Part shown: positions 52,200 through 64,000 of the stretch, piece after piece
How the letters are laid out: each line of letters opens with the position of its first letter
Numbering within the stretch: position 1 is the stretch's first letter
NCBI GenBank assembly: GCA_050084985.1
Contig: JBITNC010000001.1
Location: 201,996,001-202,060,000, forward strand
Reading direction: 5' to 3'
Length of the DNA stretch: 64,000 bases
DNA from: Nageia nagi
Lineage: Eukaryota > Plantae > Pinophyta
Notes under the pieces: generated by a model
The model's input: only the letters and a program-made list of their open reading frames with translations
Databases searched by the model: none
Told to the model about the DNA's origin: nothing
Made by a program: the position numbers and the translations under genes

Positions 52200-55060
52200 A
52201 GAATTTACGAGTGGATCAAATCTAGGCCAGATCTAATCCGGTACCGGCGGAGTTCCACTCCTTGTTGGTGGACTGTATGACTCAATGGTCTCTTCCAAGA
52301 ACCTTATGGTCTTTCGTACTCCCTTGGAAACCATGCCAACGAAACTGCTATTCTGCCTGAAGAAGTCCTCAATCTGTCTGGATGTAGCCTACATCTGGAA
52401 TCTCCATATGACCATTTGCCTCTCATGATGAATGGGATTCCCTGCCTTAAGTAAGTTGAGATCCTCGACCTCGAGATGTTTTTGGATCAGATTTTGAGCC
52501 TCTGCCAATACTACTTCTTTCCTACGCATGCTATTATCTTCCCCTTGGAACTTCAACTGGTATAAATATTTGCTCATTTGCTCTTCTACCTCCTTTCTCA
52601 AAAGGATCTTGACTTTCAAAACAACATTACATTTTTCCAGTGCATGCTTCAGCTAGTCGTGCTAATACATGAATTCATGGCATTAGACTAATTTCTCAGG
52701 TCTATCCACAAAGATCTGCTGTAAATGGGTGACGGTAGGGAGATGACCATACAACTTCTCAAGGAGGGCTGTTATTTGGGACTTCAACTCCTGGATCTCG
52801 ACACCTTCCTCATGGAGGCTATACACCTGAGAAGAGAACTTCTCAATGGTCTCCATCATCTCTTTTTTCAATTGATCCTTCATCAACTCCCATTCTGCGT
52901 GTAATGAGAATTGCTTTTTTAGTTCTACAGGGGTAGTGCTAACAGTTTGGAACTCCTTAATGATTTTCCTGGTAGCCATGAGTTCCTTTTTGAGTCTTCT
53001 CACCTCCTTCTTGGCTTCGTAGCCTTCTTGTTTCATGACAACAACATTTTGAGTGACTATGTGCTTCCTGGATGTCAAACATAACTTAACAGGCATCTTG
53101 AATGTCTCTATCATGGAGTCCTCAAGTCTCTGGGGATGTTTCTCTTTGGAGTAATAGTGGTTGATGGAGATCTCTTTTCTTGTAGTAGAGACGAAAGTAT
53201 CTACTCTTCTGACTTTCTCACCATCAGAGAGCTCTTCTTCTTCATCCTTGAACCTCAAATCCTGATCAATCTCTTCATCATGAGCCGTGCTCATGCTTAA
53301 GGTTCTTAGGCAGGCATCTAAGTCAAGATCTGGGTGTTCGATTGCTGGCTTGGGAGGGAGCCTCTGCACCAGCACTCGACCTTTACTAATCTTCTTGACT
53401 TGTTTCGTTGGAGTGGCTTGAGCAAGGGCAACCTCCTTACCTTGATGCTCGTCCTGCTTCCTCTTCTTTTTTAGCTCCTCGGTCTCTCCTTCATCTTCTG
53501 CATCTCCGCCATAACCACCTATTGATAGACCTTTCTTACGTGTTTGAGGGGATCTCTCATGGCTGGTACTCTTTATAGAGGGCTTCTGAGAAGACAAGGG
53601 TGACCTCTTTCTATGTTCACTAGGAGAGGGTTTGGAAGAACCCACCTCTTTGGCATATTTCACTCCAACAATATGGACTTCTTAATTATAAGTCCCAACG
53701 TCTATAAATAGATCATCATCATTGTCCGAAACAGTCTCAATGCCTGTATCATCACATGCGAAAGCACCTACAACTACATTCTCTTGATCGAGGTACTCTT
53801 CATCAGTAGCATCATTTGCATTATCATCATCTTCTTCTTCCTTCTCTTCACCATGACTCTCTTCATTGTTTTCCTAGCTCTCTGTCTCTATTTCCAAGCC
53901 TTCTTTAGTGTGGTCGGGTTCTTCATCACTTTCTTCATCAGAAGAAGAAGTGGAGTGTTCGGAAGAATTGGAACTTGGTTGCAGTGGGGAACTTTCTCTC
54001 CACATTTAGGAGGACGAGTGGGTCTCGATGGAGTTTCTTCAACTGGGGAATCATTGGCATAGGCTTCCTCCATCATGCTCAAGGGGACGTCATGGTAACC
54101 AACATCTCTAAGATCAGCCACCACTTGCTGGCTTTTCTTTGCTACATCAGTCACCACATTGCGTTTACTAGGTCCTATCGGGGCATGCGCTCTTGATGCT
54201 CCTTGTCTTTTCCCCATGGGAAGCAAGGATGTCTTGCCTTGTGGAGGTCCAATGCTTGCAGAAGTAGGGGATGTTTTGATCCTCAATGGGACCTCTTTAG
54301 GTCTTGCTTTCATAGTTCTAAGTCTTTGAGGTGCTTTTTCTACTTGGAGAGGAGCCTTGTTCTACTCAGAAGAGCATCTATCCTTGCTATCTCTTCCTCA
54401 TCTCGCACATTTCTGTACTTCTCCGCATTCCCCAAAGATTTGTGCTTGTAGACAACATGTTTCCGGAATGTGGTGTTGTAGAAACGGGTGATAACACCTC
54501 TAGAATCATAGTTTCTAGTTGCTGTCTCCTTAAAGAAGACATATTGTTGTAGCTCCTTCTTCATATTATTAGCTTCAACCCAAGTTTGGCAAACATAACT
54601 TGCGATGGAAATGGGCAAGTTGATGGTCACATCCTTCCTTCTCCACACGTGTTCCTTCAAAAAATAGTAATTGTCTGGCAAATTCCATGAAAATCATTCT
54701 GTCACTAGCATATTTGGGCAGGAGTAAGGGTTATTCTTCAGAGCCATAGACCTTGATGTATGTATGAACAGTATACTGCAGATAGAAGTCTGTATGTACA
54801 CTGATGGCTTGAACAACAACATCAGAAATCCTCTTGGCTACTGACTTTCGTTTGATTTTCTTGTAAATGGCATACTTCCACTGGTCGTTTCTCTCATAGA
54901 AATGCCTGAATTTGTTATGGTACCACCACTTTGGATAGATTTGCCACACTGAGATGCCTCTCTTGTCTAGATATCTTTCATTTGCAAGCTCCCTTGACTT
55001 GAGCTTGCCATGCAATAACAGGTACACAAGATAAGAGTTCGTATAGAACCTTCTAGAAGA
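52200..55060 (-). pseudogene. Long antisense accessory ORF of the Tat element (conserved N-terminal domain, acidic low-complexity region, coiled coil)
   Basis: Collinear minus-strand ORFs 54731-55027, 54340-54681, 53888-54313, 52683-53663 and 52389-52619, separated by stops or frameshifts. DFYLQYTVHTYIKVYG..PLLLPKYASDR motif; heptad-rich C-terminus. Confidence 0.7.
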
Positions 55061-56023
55061 GATAAAGGGAGGCGCACCTTTCAGGGTACAAGCAAAAGCA
55101 TGTCCACTAAAACATGTGCCATGGATAGATTGACAAAATTTTGACTTATTTGAACATGAAGGTGTGAACTTACCACATCTACCCTAGCTAGGCCTATACC
55201 ACATGCATTTCCTCAAAAAAAATCTTTCATACCTTTACGTTTTAGTACAATGAGGGTCCTTTAAAATGCAAATTTTTGTAGGGCACAACAAACAGTCCTA
55301 GGTGGCTCGATCCGTGGAGGTGCTACGGTGTCGTTTGGGGAAATGACTTTCCATGCGGCCGCCACCCTACTTGGCACGCTTTGATCAATCTTCATATGGT
55401 TCTGCTGTCGACCCACCCTCCCTATCATGACTAGTGTCTTCCTTCTGAATGAGTCTCCAATTTTCATCCACCATGCTCATTATCTTTTGAATTAGCCTAT
55501 GGGGATTCATACTTTTGTTTTGAAATATCCTTCTATTCCTTTCCTTTCATAGTTTCCACACCAGATGGGGGAGTGCTATGGTGCTCCACTGTTTGTGAGC
55601 CTGTTTCCCAGCTATGTGCGGAGGTTTAGGTGGCTATTTTGCAATAACTTTGGAAATTGATATCCCAAGTTCATGTCTCAGGTCCCCCAACAAACCCACC
55701 CAAACTTCCTTTCAGAAGGAGCAGTGCAAGGAAAGATGATCCACAAATTCTTCTTCCTTGGCACAGAGGCGACATCTGTTGGGCATTATCATTCCTCTTT
55801 TGTGAAGATTCTCTTGAGTCAAAATCTTTTTCTTGTGTATTAGCTAGAAGAAATGCCTGACTTTGGGTGTAATGCCTTTGATCCAGACCTTTCTTGTTGG
55901 GAAAGGATCCCTAGAGGGAGGGATAAGTATGAGGCCAATCTTTCTTGACAAATTGTTAAAGCGATCATCATTCATAGCAGCACCAATGTTCTTTAGATCC
56001 AAGGACATTCTTCCTTGAAGCAC

Positions 56024-56144
56024 ACTATCATTGTGGTTTTTTATCTATGGAAAAACTCCATTGTTTCTTCTTGTGACAGCAAAGGACAGATGAACATTTG
56101 TGCAAATTTGTCCAATACCTTTTCAAAATATTCAATACTAACAT
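56024..56144 (-). pseudogene. Insulysin/IDE-like fragment, copy 2 (direct repeat of 43148-43267)
   Basis: VSIEYFEKVLDKFAQMFICPLLSQEETM; about 90% identical to 43148-43267. Confidence 0.65.
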
Positions 56145-56171
56145 TAATATATTTTCTTTCTTTCTTTGTTT

Positions 56172-59100
56172 TGCCTTTATGGCGTATTTAGCCTATCCAC
56201 AATTTGCACTTTAAGCAACGTCTGACCTCATTTGAAACATCTTAAGAACCTTTAGCTATGTGACTGTTGTTGTTCCCTTCCCTTGCTTCCGAAACCTTCA
56301 TCGCCTCACAAATTAGGTCTCACATCCCTATCTTTTCTTTGCTCTGTTGCATGTTCAACTTTTGCAGAGCTTGATTTCCCTTTGTTTGAGATGCCACTAC
56401 CTCTTCTCTTTATTTGTTTGCTCTTTCTACTCAATTTTTGTTATGCCTTTATGGTGTATTGATATGACTCATTCACAATGTACATTTTAACCAATGCCTC
56501 ACCACATAAGGAACATCTTAAGGAAGTTTGGCTATGCAATTGTTGTTGTCCCCTTCGTTTGCTTCTGAAACCTCCATGGCTTTGTGAATTTGGTATCACA
56601 TCCTTGTCTTATCTTTACTTTGCTTTGTGTTAAGCTTTTGTAGAGCTTGATTTCTCTTTGTTTGAGGTGCCACCACTTCTTCTATTTATTTGTTTTCCTT
56701 TTTTGCTCAATTTCTCTTGTGCCTTTATGATATATTAATATGCCTCATCCATAATGTGCACTTTAACCAATCCTAGCTCATCTTGGATTTGAAATTTGAG
56801 CCCATTAACGTATTCAGCAACACTTTGCACTTCTTCCTCTTGTTAATCTGTTGTGATTTGAAGTCTCATAAATTGCTTTGTATATGCCTACATGGACAAG
56901 TCCCTTTGCCTTCGACTTTGGAGCTCCTTGAATAATTTTTGTTGATAATTAAAAGGCAAAAATGTAGCCCATAAATGGTTTATAGCATTTTGGGCCATAG
57001 TTTGATTTTCTCTTTCGACCATTTTGCAAATTCTCTCATCCATAGTTATAAAAATCACCAAATATTTGAAAAATTTGGCAAATAATCATGTGGGTGGTTA
57101 TTCAATGATGCATGAATCCTTTGGCAATTATTTGGTAAAATTTGCAGAAACACAGGAAAAAATTTAAATTTCATTTTTTCTCAATTTTCACTCATTTCAA
57201 ATTTATCAAGGAGATTGAACTTAATCCTACTATGACATTGAAATCATGCGCTAAAAGCTTAAGTGATTCTTAACAACTGCATCTACATTGGTGAAAGTAG
57301 ATTTTATAACAATAGGAAACACCATTTCTAACATATTTAGGTAAATAATTTCTAAGGTTGAGTTTTTTCTATTCCTACTTTTGTGTTTTAAGTTTGTAGT
57401 TTTTAGGTAAAATATAATTTCCAAGGCTGAGTTTGAATTTTGTTTTTGTTTAATGATGTAGTTTGTAGTTTAAGTGGAGACAATAAACGTAAGAAGAGAC
57501 CTTGGATGGAAATGTTGCAAGGATATGGATGGACAATTGCAATGCAACTACTATGGTAAAATTATTTGTGGTGGGTTAATTGTGTGGAATACCATGTTGC
57601 AGAAGATGAGTGCCTACCTCAAGAGCTTCTTCAAGGAGGAGCAAAAGCAAAAAGTGAGGCAAGAAAATGTAACATGTATGGATCCACTTCTGCACCTTCT
57701 ATACCTGGCTTCACTTAGAGAAGCATTGGGCCTTGGGCGTGCAATGGTTCTTTTGGAGTTGATTCTAGCTCATCATCTATTGCCACTTCATTTTTTGTTC
57801 ATCGTGACAATCTAGGTAGCCAACTATCACTTGAGACAATTGACTAAAATAAGGAAAAACTACAACGCAAGGTCACCATATTACGATTTTTTGTGCAACA
57901 TTCCTTTTAATGTTGCATGGTCACCATACTACGATGCTATGATGAAAGCATTGATAGCTTGTGGTGTGGGGTTCAAAACCCCAACATATGACGATTATAT
58001 ATGATCCCTTCTTGCCAAGTGTGTAGAAGATGTGCATCCTCTTATCAAGGAGCATATAAAAGTACAAGTGAGAAAGGGATACACAATTATGTATAAGGGA
58101 TGGATCGATAAAAAGTTGAACGTTGATTAATTTCTTGGTTGCTTTAGAAAGGTGCCTAGTGTTTTTGCAGTTAATAGATGCTTTCGACAATATGAAAACT
58201 GGATGGACATTGTTCACCTTGTTAGAGAATGTAGTATTGGAGGTTTGACCACAAAATATGGTCGAAATTGTCACAAACAATGCACCAATATATGTGGCAA
58301 TAGGGAAACTTCTTGATTCCTAACAATTTTGGGACTTGTATTGACCTAATAGTGGAGGATATTGGAAAGATTAGTTAGTTTAAGCAAGTGGTGGATAATG
58401 CAAAAAAGATCTCAAAGTCTATCTATAATCATTCTTAGGTTCTCAAATTGATGAGTTAGTACATAGATGGAAGAATTCCTTTTCTTGCAGAGCCTTCTTG
58501 CCAGAAAGGTGGGTTGAAAAGTATGTTTATTTCCAAGGAATGGACAAAGTTTGTTCTTTCTGCTTCAAGAGAAGGCCTCCTTATGTTGAACATATTTTTT
58601 GATGAAGGTTTTTGGAGGGCTTCACATAAGATCATGCATGTTAATAGTGGTTGGTTATATCATTTTTTTAATCTTTTTTGTAAGGTGAAGTTTTTAATAT
58701 TTGTTTCTTTCATAAATTTAGGTATCTGAACTTTTAGTGAAAGTCCTTCATATTTTTGATAGTCAAGACAAATCACTAATGGTTTACTTGAATTAGGCCA
58801 TAGATAAGGCCAAGGAGGTCATTGCTGGCTATTGCACATATATAGAGGCCAAGTATTGCCTCTTTTAGGAATTGATTGATTGTAGATGGTCAAGTCAACT
58901 TCATAATCCTGTTCATACAGCTGAAACTATTTTATGACAAGACATTTGTGGCTGATGAGGAGGTTCTCAATAGCCTTCATAAATGCTTTGAGAAGATGGT
59001 CGAAGATAAGAAGATGATGAATGGCATACAACAGAGTTGCATATCTACAAGAATGTAGAGGGCTATATTTTCTCAAGTGCACTTTGCATTGGGTCTTGAA

Positions 59101-59918
59101 CGACTAAAAATTCATGTAACATTTATTTTATCTTTTATTTTTGTTTGAAGTTTTCTAAAATGTGATTTTAGGATTTTTTTATGTTTATTTTCAACTATGT
59201 GATGGGGATCCTTTGCTGCGAAAACACCTCTCGTCCAACAAATAGCAATCCAGGTTATGTTCCAACCTTGTAAAGCTTTTGTATGTGAGTGCAATTGGAG
59301 TATGTTTGAGCATATGCATTTCAAAAAACGTATTTTAATGAAAAGAGGGCACATCATTGTTAATTTATAAATAAAAAATGGCTATGTATTTTGATCAATT
59401 ACTATGTATTTTTCACATTTAATGCAAAAAATATGCTGTATTTCGTTAAAATTTATAATTTTTTCATATTTATAATTTGTTACTTTTTCGTTGAACAATC
59501 TCCGAATCATCGAATTTTGAAAGTTTGTACCTAAGTGAATGTTGGTCAAATCTGAGTTTCACTACTATGCTCCCACCAGTCCTTGAGATTGCAAATTTTA
59601 CCCTTTTAGGATCATTCTTCACCTTTTTTCCATCTCAAAATATTTTTCCAATTCCTGCACCCAATCTATAAAATAATCCCCTTTTGAAATCTGAAACAAC
59701 AATTTTAACACTATCTCATTGTTTGTAGATAACTTCTAAGCCTCTCTATTGGATCCACTACTCGCACTTGAGGCTCTTGGACATATGCTTCATCCTCGGA
59801 CTCCTCATGCCCCAACCTACCTTCAAGTGGTATAGTCTTACTTCGTAACTTCTAAATCATCTCTTCTTTAGCCCACACATTTTCTTCTTCAATTGTGCTA
59901 GAGTACTCTATGGGCCAT
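56172..59918 (-). pseudogene. gag: Decayed CRM-like gypsy gag, interrupted by a hAT element, with tandemly repeated C-terminus
   Basis: ATG at 59918, FIDWVQELEKYFEM, WWE split by the hAT, FLPFNYQQKLFKELQ and AEYVNGLKFQIQDEL. ~272-276-bp repeats at 56172, 56444 and 56720. Degenerate Met PBS at 59924-59935 (9/12 match) and LTR edge at 59938. Confidence 0.75.
57041..59569 (+). mobile_element. Decayed hAT DNA transposon (BED finger, DUF659-type region, dimerisation domain)
   Basis: Imperfect TIRs CATAGTTATAAAAATC / CATAGTAGTGAAACTC, 8-bp degenerate TSD CTCTCATC / CTCCCACC. RDLGWK..QCNY, EIVTNNA and WGSFAAKTP..IAIQV..QPC...CECNWSMFE. Confidence 0.88.
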
Positions 59919-60036
59919 ATTTGACTCTAATACTAATTGATGCAAAGCACTTCAATCTTATATCAATTATACTATTCTGAAATGGAATCTCAAAGCACAT
60001 CACACCTCTATTGTGCTAGAATTTAGGAAAGACCAA

Positions 60037-61560
60037 TTTTTTTTTGTTAAAATTGGAGAGGTGGTTTTCACAAATTAAATAACCGGTACATCAATTCTTA
60101 CAATCATGAAAGTATTAGCTCAGATGAAACATGGGCCTAGAAATTTGAAATCTAGAATCCCACCCAAAGAAGGAGCCTCCTCCTAAGATGACTCATCCAA
60201 AAGGATCAAAAAATCATACAACCAAAAATGGCTTGAATCTACTTGAGGATGCTAAGGCCATCCTCCTAAAATGGTTTGTGCATGCAAACCTCCTGGATTC
60301 CTTTCCAGAACTAGTAGAACCAAAGATCTTCTACAGGGCAAAACCAAAGGTCCCTCCTCGTACAAGGGTTAGACACCATAAAACCAAAAGGAAAGGCGCC
60401 AACCTCTGTTCCTCAAATTCCCGCGGGTTCCTTCCGTGAATCAACTTTGGATCTCATCTAAAACCAATAAAACCAAGCATCCACTAGAACACAACACCAA
60501 AGCTTCCTCAATGAGCGAGGGAGGCCCCTAGAGAACCCTTCCCCATACGAGAGCCAAGAAACAAGGACCTTTCCAGTGTAAGCCTTCCTCCAACTGGGGA
60601 TCAACAAAAAGAGAGTAACCTAGACCAAATAGGATGGAATCTTTCTGAAGGAGCCCAAAACACAAAGGGAAAGAGACGCTATCAGTAGAAGAAACCATCA
60701 AGGAAAAACATCAACCACAGGATCAAAGGAACCCAAACCCTCCTTAGACAAACTAGGAAGCAAAGGAGGAGTACAAAACAAACCCTCAATCTACGAGGGA
60801 GAAAACCGAGATTCTAAAGAAAAAACAAAAGGAATGACAAGAGCCAACCCAGGCTCAACACAAAAAAAGAGCAACGATCTCCACGCTAATGAAATTTAAA
60901 ACCTCCCAAGAATCTGTAGCAGAGAGCTTTGTCTTCGAGGTAGAAAACAAAAAATCAGGAGCACCTTGTCATCCCTCTTCTCTTGAAAAAGCAAACCATT
61001 CCGCGAGAGAACAAAACCAGGCTCCTCCAAGCTCCCACAACATGACTAGGAACTAGAGCACACAGACTTCGGAGAAGAAAACGGAACCGTACTAGGCAAG
61101 AAACCATCACAGCAAGAAGAGACCTCGACCACGGGGCCAAGGTTCACAAGGGTGTCATTCAGCTCCATGAACCCCTCTCAATGACAGTACCACAAGAGCC
61201 AACAGAAACACCTGGTTCGATAGGCACAACTTCGACATTCCCCTGACCTCCCACAATCGAAAACCAAGGCTTGAACAAGGCCAGATCTTTGCCATTGACA
61301 GGAGAGATGGGAAGGTCGACACAGAGAGACGCCATCCCTGTTAACCACCTTAAAATCCTCTTCATCCCCCGTGGGAGAGCTTCTTGAGCTTCCTTCAGGG
61401 TCAGAGGCCACAAGAAACACGCCACCAGGACCACCACCACTTCTAGAGCCTCCTCTACTGCCCGACCCAAAATCAGCACTACCCCTAAACACCCTTTCAG
61501 AACGAGTAACAGCAGGCCCAGGCTCTTTTGACCGAATCCCTAGCAGAGCCATAGTTTGTT
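60037..61560 (-). mobile_element. Putative LINE 3' region with GC-richer degenerate ORF
   Basis: T-tract at 60037-60045 followed by degenerate minus-strand Gly/Ser-rich ORFs. No diagnostic domain. Confidence 0.35.
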
Positions 61561-61695
61561 CATCTTTTTGTTAAAAGAAAGAGTTACACAGATAACATGA
61601 CTGCAATCTCATACAAGGGTAATAAGATCAAGCGCTCTAAAATTGAGCTTACATCCACAAATGACAAGACAGAGTAATATCAAATTTTCCTTGAG

Positions 61696-62012
61696 ATCAA
61701 ATCACTCTTCCAACAGCCAGGAATCAACAGCAATCTGTCTAGAACAGACCAGCACTAAGGATTCTTGCTATCTCAAAGGTTGATGATTGGGACCGAATTG
61801 CAATTCCATTGCTCAAACTCTGTTGTGGTTTTGCCTCTGCCCTGTTCCCTTTTATCAAATCACTCTTCCAACAGCCAGGAATCCACAGAAATCTGTCCAG
61901 AACAGACCAGCACTAAGGACTCTTGCTATCTCAAAGGTTGATGGTTGGGATTGAATTGCAATTCCATTGCTTAACCTCTGTTGTGTTTTTGCCTCTGCCC
62001 TGTTCCCTTTTA
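61696..62012. repeat. ~158-bp tandem duplication
   Basis: ATCAAATCACTCTTCCAACAGCCAGGAATC...GCCCTGTTCCCTTTT twice. Confidence 0.92.
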
Positions 62013-62019
62013 TTTTTAA

Positions 62020-62190
62020 TCTTAGAAAGGGATCATCCACTTCCCTCTTTTATTTAGTTTTTAATTTATTTTTAGAACAGGATCATCCACTTCCCTTTTT
62101 ATTTAGTTTTGTATTGCTTTTTGTTTTTTATTTTTAGAACAGGGATATCCACTTAATCTTTTATTTATTTTCTTATTTTTAGAGCAGGGG
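62020..62190. repeat. ~50-bp degenerate tandem repeats
   Basis: TTAGAACAGGATCATCCACTT..TTTTATTTA units, about 4 copies. Confidence 0.8.
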
Positions 62191-64000
62191 TTAACTGCAG
62201 CCCACTTGTATAATGTGGGAACATGCAAACCTACTGCCACATCAGACATCAAAATCTTTGCATGTGGCTCATCCCAAGTGTTGGTTTTCTTCACTAAATT
62301 GTATTAAATTCTCCTATAGGTAGTCTGTATTAGCATCTTAGTGCATTACAGTATTTGCAACAAACATTGTTGTTGTTGTAGCATCTTTTGAATCGTCTTG
62401 ATCCTACTCAGAATAGTATTGAAACTTGGAGAGTCTTTTGAAAACTTGCTGGGCTTGGAGCCAAGTCCGGCTAAACAAAGCAAAATGAAAAACAGAAAGA
62501 CAAAAAACAAAGGAAACCGAAAAAACCAAAAAATTGTGTATTCAACACATTTTTACACAGAAGGGGTAATCTCTTTCCATTGATTAGCTATATAGTTATT
62601 TGTATGTTTTTGATGTTGATTTGGTAAAGGAATGCATATTAATAACATTTTTTTTTTTAAATCTCTTAAATTATATGTGCTTATTTCACAAATCTTTGTG
62701 GAGTTTTTCTCAAGTATTTCAACTGAGTCTCAGTCAAAAATCAGCTTCTGCTAAGTCCAGGCCCAGTTCGAGTCTTAATTGAATGCTGTCAATTTCTTCT
62801 ACATGCGAGAGAGATCTTGTTTCATCAGTCTAGATTTTACACATCATATCCAAAATTTCTCTGAATAATAAAATGGGAGGCTGAAGTATCAGGATTGGCC
62901 AATACTAGTGCCTTTGAACACATCCTTCCCTAGCAGGCAGAGAATGGAGTGATGCAAGAAATGGGAAATGGGAACAGTATTTCAGATGATGCTCTTGAAG
63001 AATTGCTCAGTGACATTTAACACGAGAGATTTCTCAGCTATAAATAAAATTGAAAATTTTAAAGTATGATGGTAGCTTTGATAGCGAGAAGACTACGTTT
63101 GTGCAATTTTGAGGCATTATTCAGGACGACTTCTAGGATTATCTATGTGTGTAAGCGGCATACAGTCGAACTTCATATGGAAGAGATTGCTCTAGGTTGG
63201 TTGAAGGATCATCAATATATAGTTGCTAATGAAGAAAATGAGGGTGATCACTATTTTCACCAGTGGACCACTTCAAATTGGCCTTGAATAGCTTAAAAAG
63301 AGAATATGTGGACATGATGGGTTTAAATCAGCCAAGTTCCAGGTTAGTCAATTCTACAACACATTCATGATTCAGATGTACAACTTACAAGAAGCATCAG
63401 GTCAAGCTGGAGATTCTTGTTACGGGAGAGTTATTTAAGATGAAAGTTATATTTGGTATAATTGCTAGTCTTAAGAAAGAAATAACCATGATTGAAGTGG
63501 ATTCATTGAAAAGACCTTATAGACTTGCTATATCTATTCGTATAAGCTTGGATTAAAGTTTTCATAGATGCTTCTAGTGCTAGCAATACTGCAATTTTCA
63601 TCCTCAAACTGTGTTGCATCGAAGACTTAGTCCAACTCAAATGGATAGTTTAAGGGTTCAAGCTACTCTTTGTGATTTGCTGGTAAGGAAAAAAAAAGAA
63701 GAAATTTATAGAATTACTACAAGAACTATGGTCATTCATCTAAAGAATGTAGTACTGTTCAGGCCAACAATGAGTCTATGTCTCTTCTTAAAGAGCAACA
63801 GCTTGGACACAGACGCATAGAGATAGTTTGTTAACAATTTAGTTGCTCTAGATCCACAACTTGCAGTAATGTTTATATTCAGTTCAACAAGCCAAAAGAA
63901 AGCACTCTTAACCCACAATTGTTAGGTAAAGGGTTGATTGCAATAATGATTATATCTCCCTTATCATGGGAAATGGCAATTCGTAAAACATAGTATCTCA

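Larger units (their letters stand above)
43297..56023 (-). mobile_element. 5'-truncated LINE (zf-RVT, ORF2 end, extra ORF, tail) interrupted by a copia element and a Tat fragment
   Basis: Minus-strand zf-RVT WIKGITPKVRHFF*LIHKKKILTQENLHKRGMIMPNRCRLCAKEEESVDHL (55600-55900), ERNRRIF (~55530), extra ORF 49255-49540, tail with poly(A) at 43297-43370. Continuity across the Tat fragment is inferred. Confidence 0.6.

Noticed and set aside
59938-60036. 5' LTR pairing with the LTR at 40870-41853
   Set aside because: No visible sequence similarity in the ~100 bp available before the next insertion.
60041-61576. TTTTTGTTAAAA at both ends as a TSD
   Set aside because: Low complexity and on the wrong side of the T-tract for a minus-strand LINE TSD; may be chance.

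Overview
AT-rich, CpG-depleted plant nuclear DNA. The TE families look gymnosperm/conifer-type, which is an inference. The window is almost entirely a nested transposable-element cluster, and no complete host gene can be supported. Main contents: (1) several Ty3/gypsy elements, including a decayed Tat-type element with an extra archaeal-type RNase H between protease and RT, two gag-only elements with tRNA-Trp-like PBSs (one complete with ATATT TSD and an intron-containing antisense ORF), chromovirus-type gag pieces, and a Tat fragment with a long antisense ORF; (2) a young full-length Ty1/copia (Tnt1/Tork-like, TSD AGCCA, two premature stops); (3) a solo LTR and a decayed hAT transposon; (4) several L1-type LINEs. 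The most unusual observations: two independent LINE copies carry a homologous extra ORF (PW..VA / N.P.FL / HQGLI) between ORF2 and the poly(A) tail; a minus-strand gag-to-PPT/LTR array seems to have pol replaced by host-gene fragments (an insulysin/M16A-peptidase-like piece and an unassigned open 285-aa ORF); and a 12.8-kb composite insertion is bracketed by a ~120-bp direct repeat. Boundaries of decayed elements are approximate and all identities were estimated by eye.
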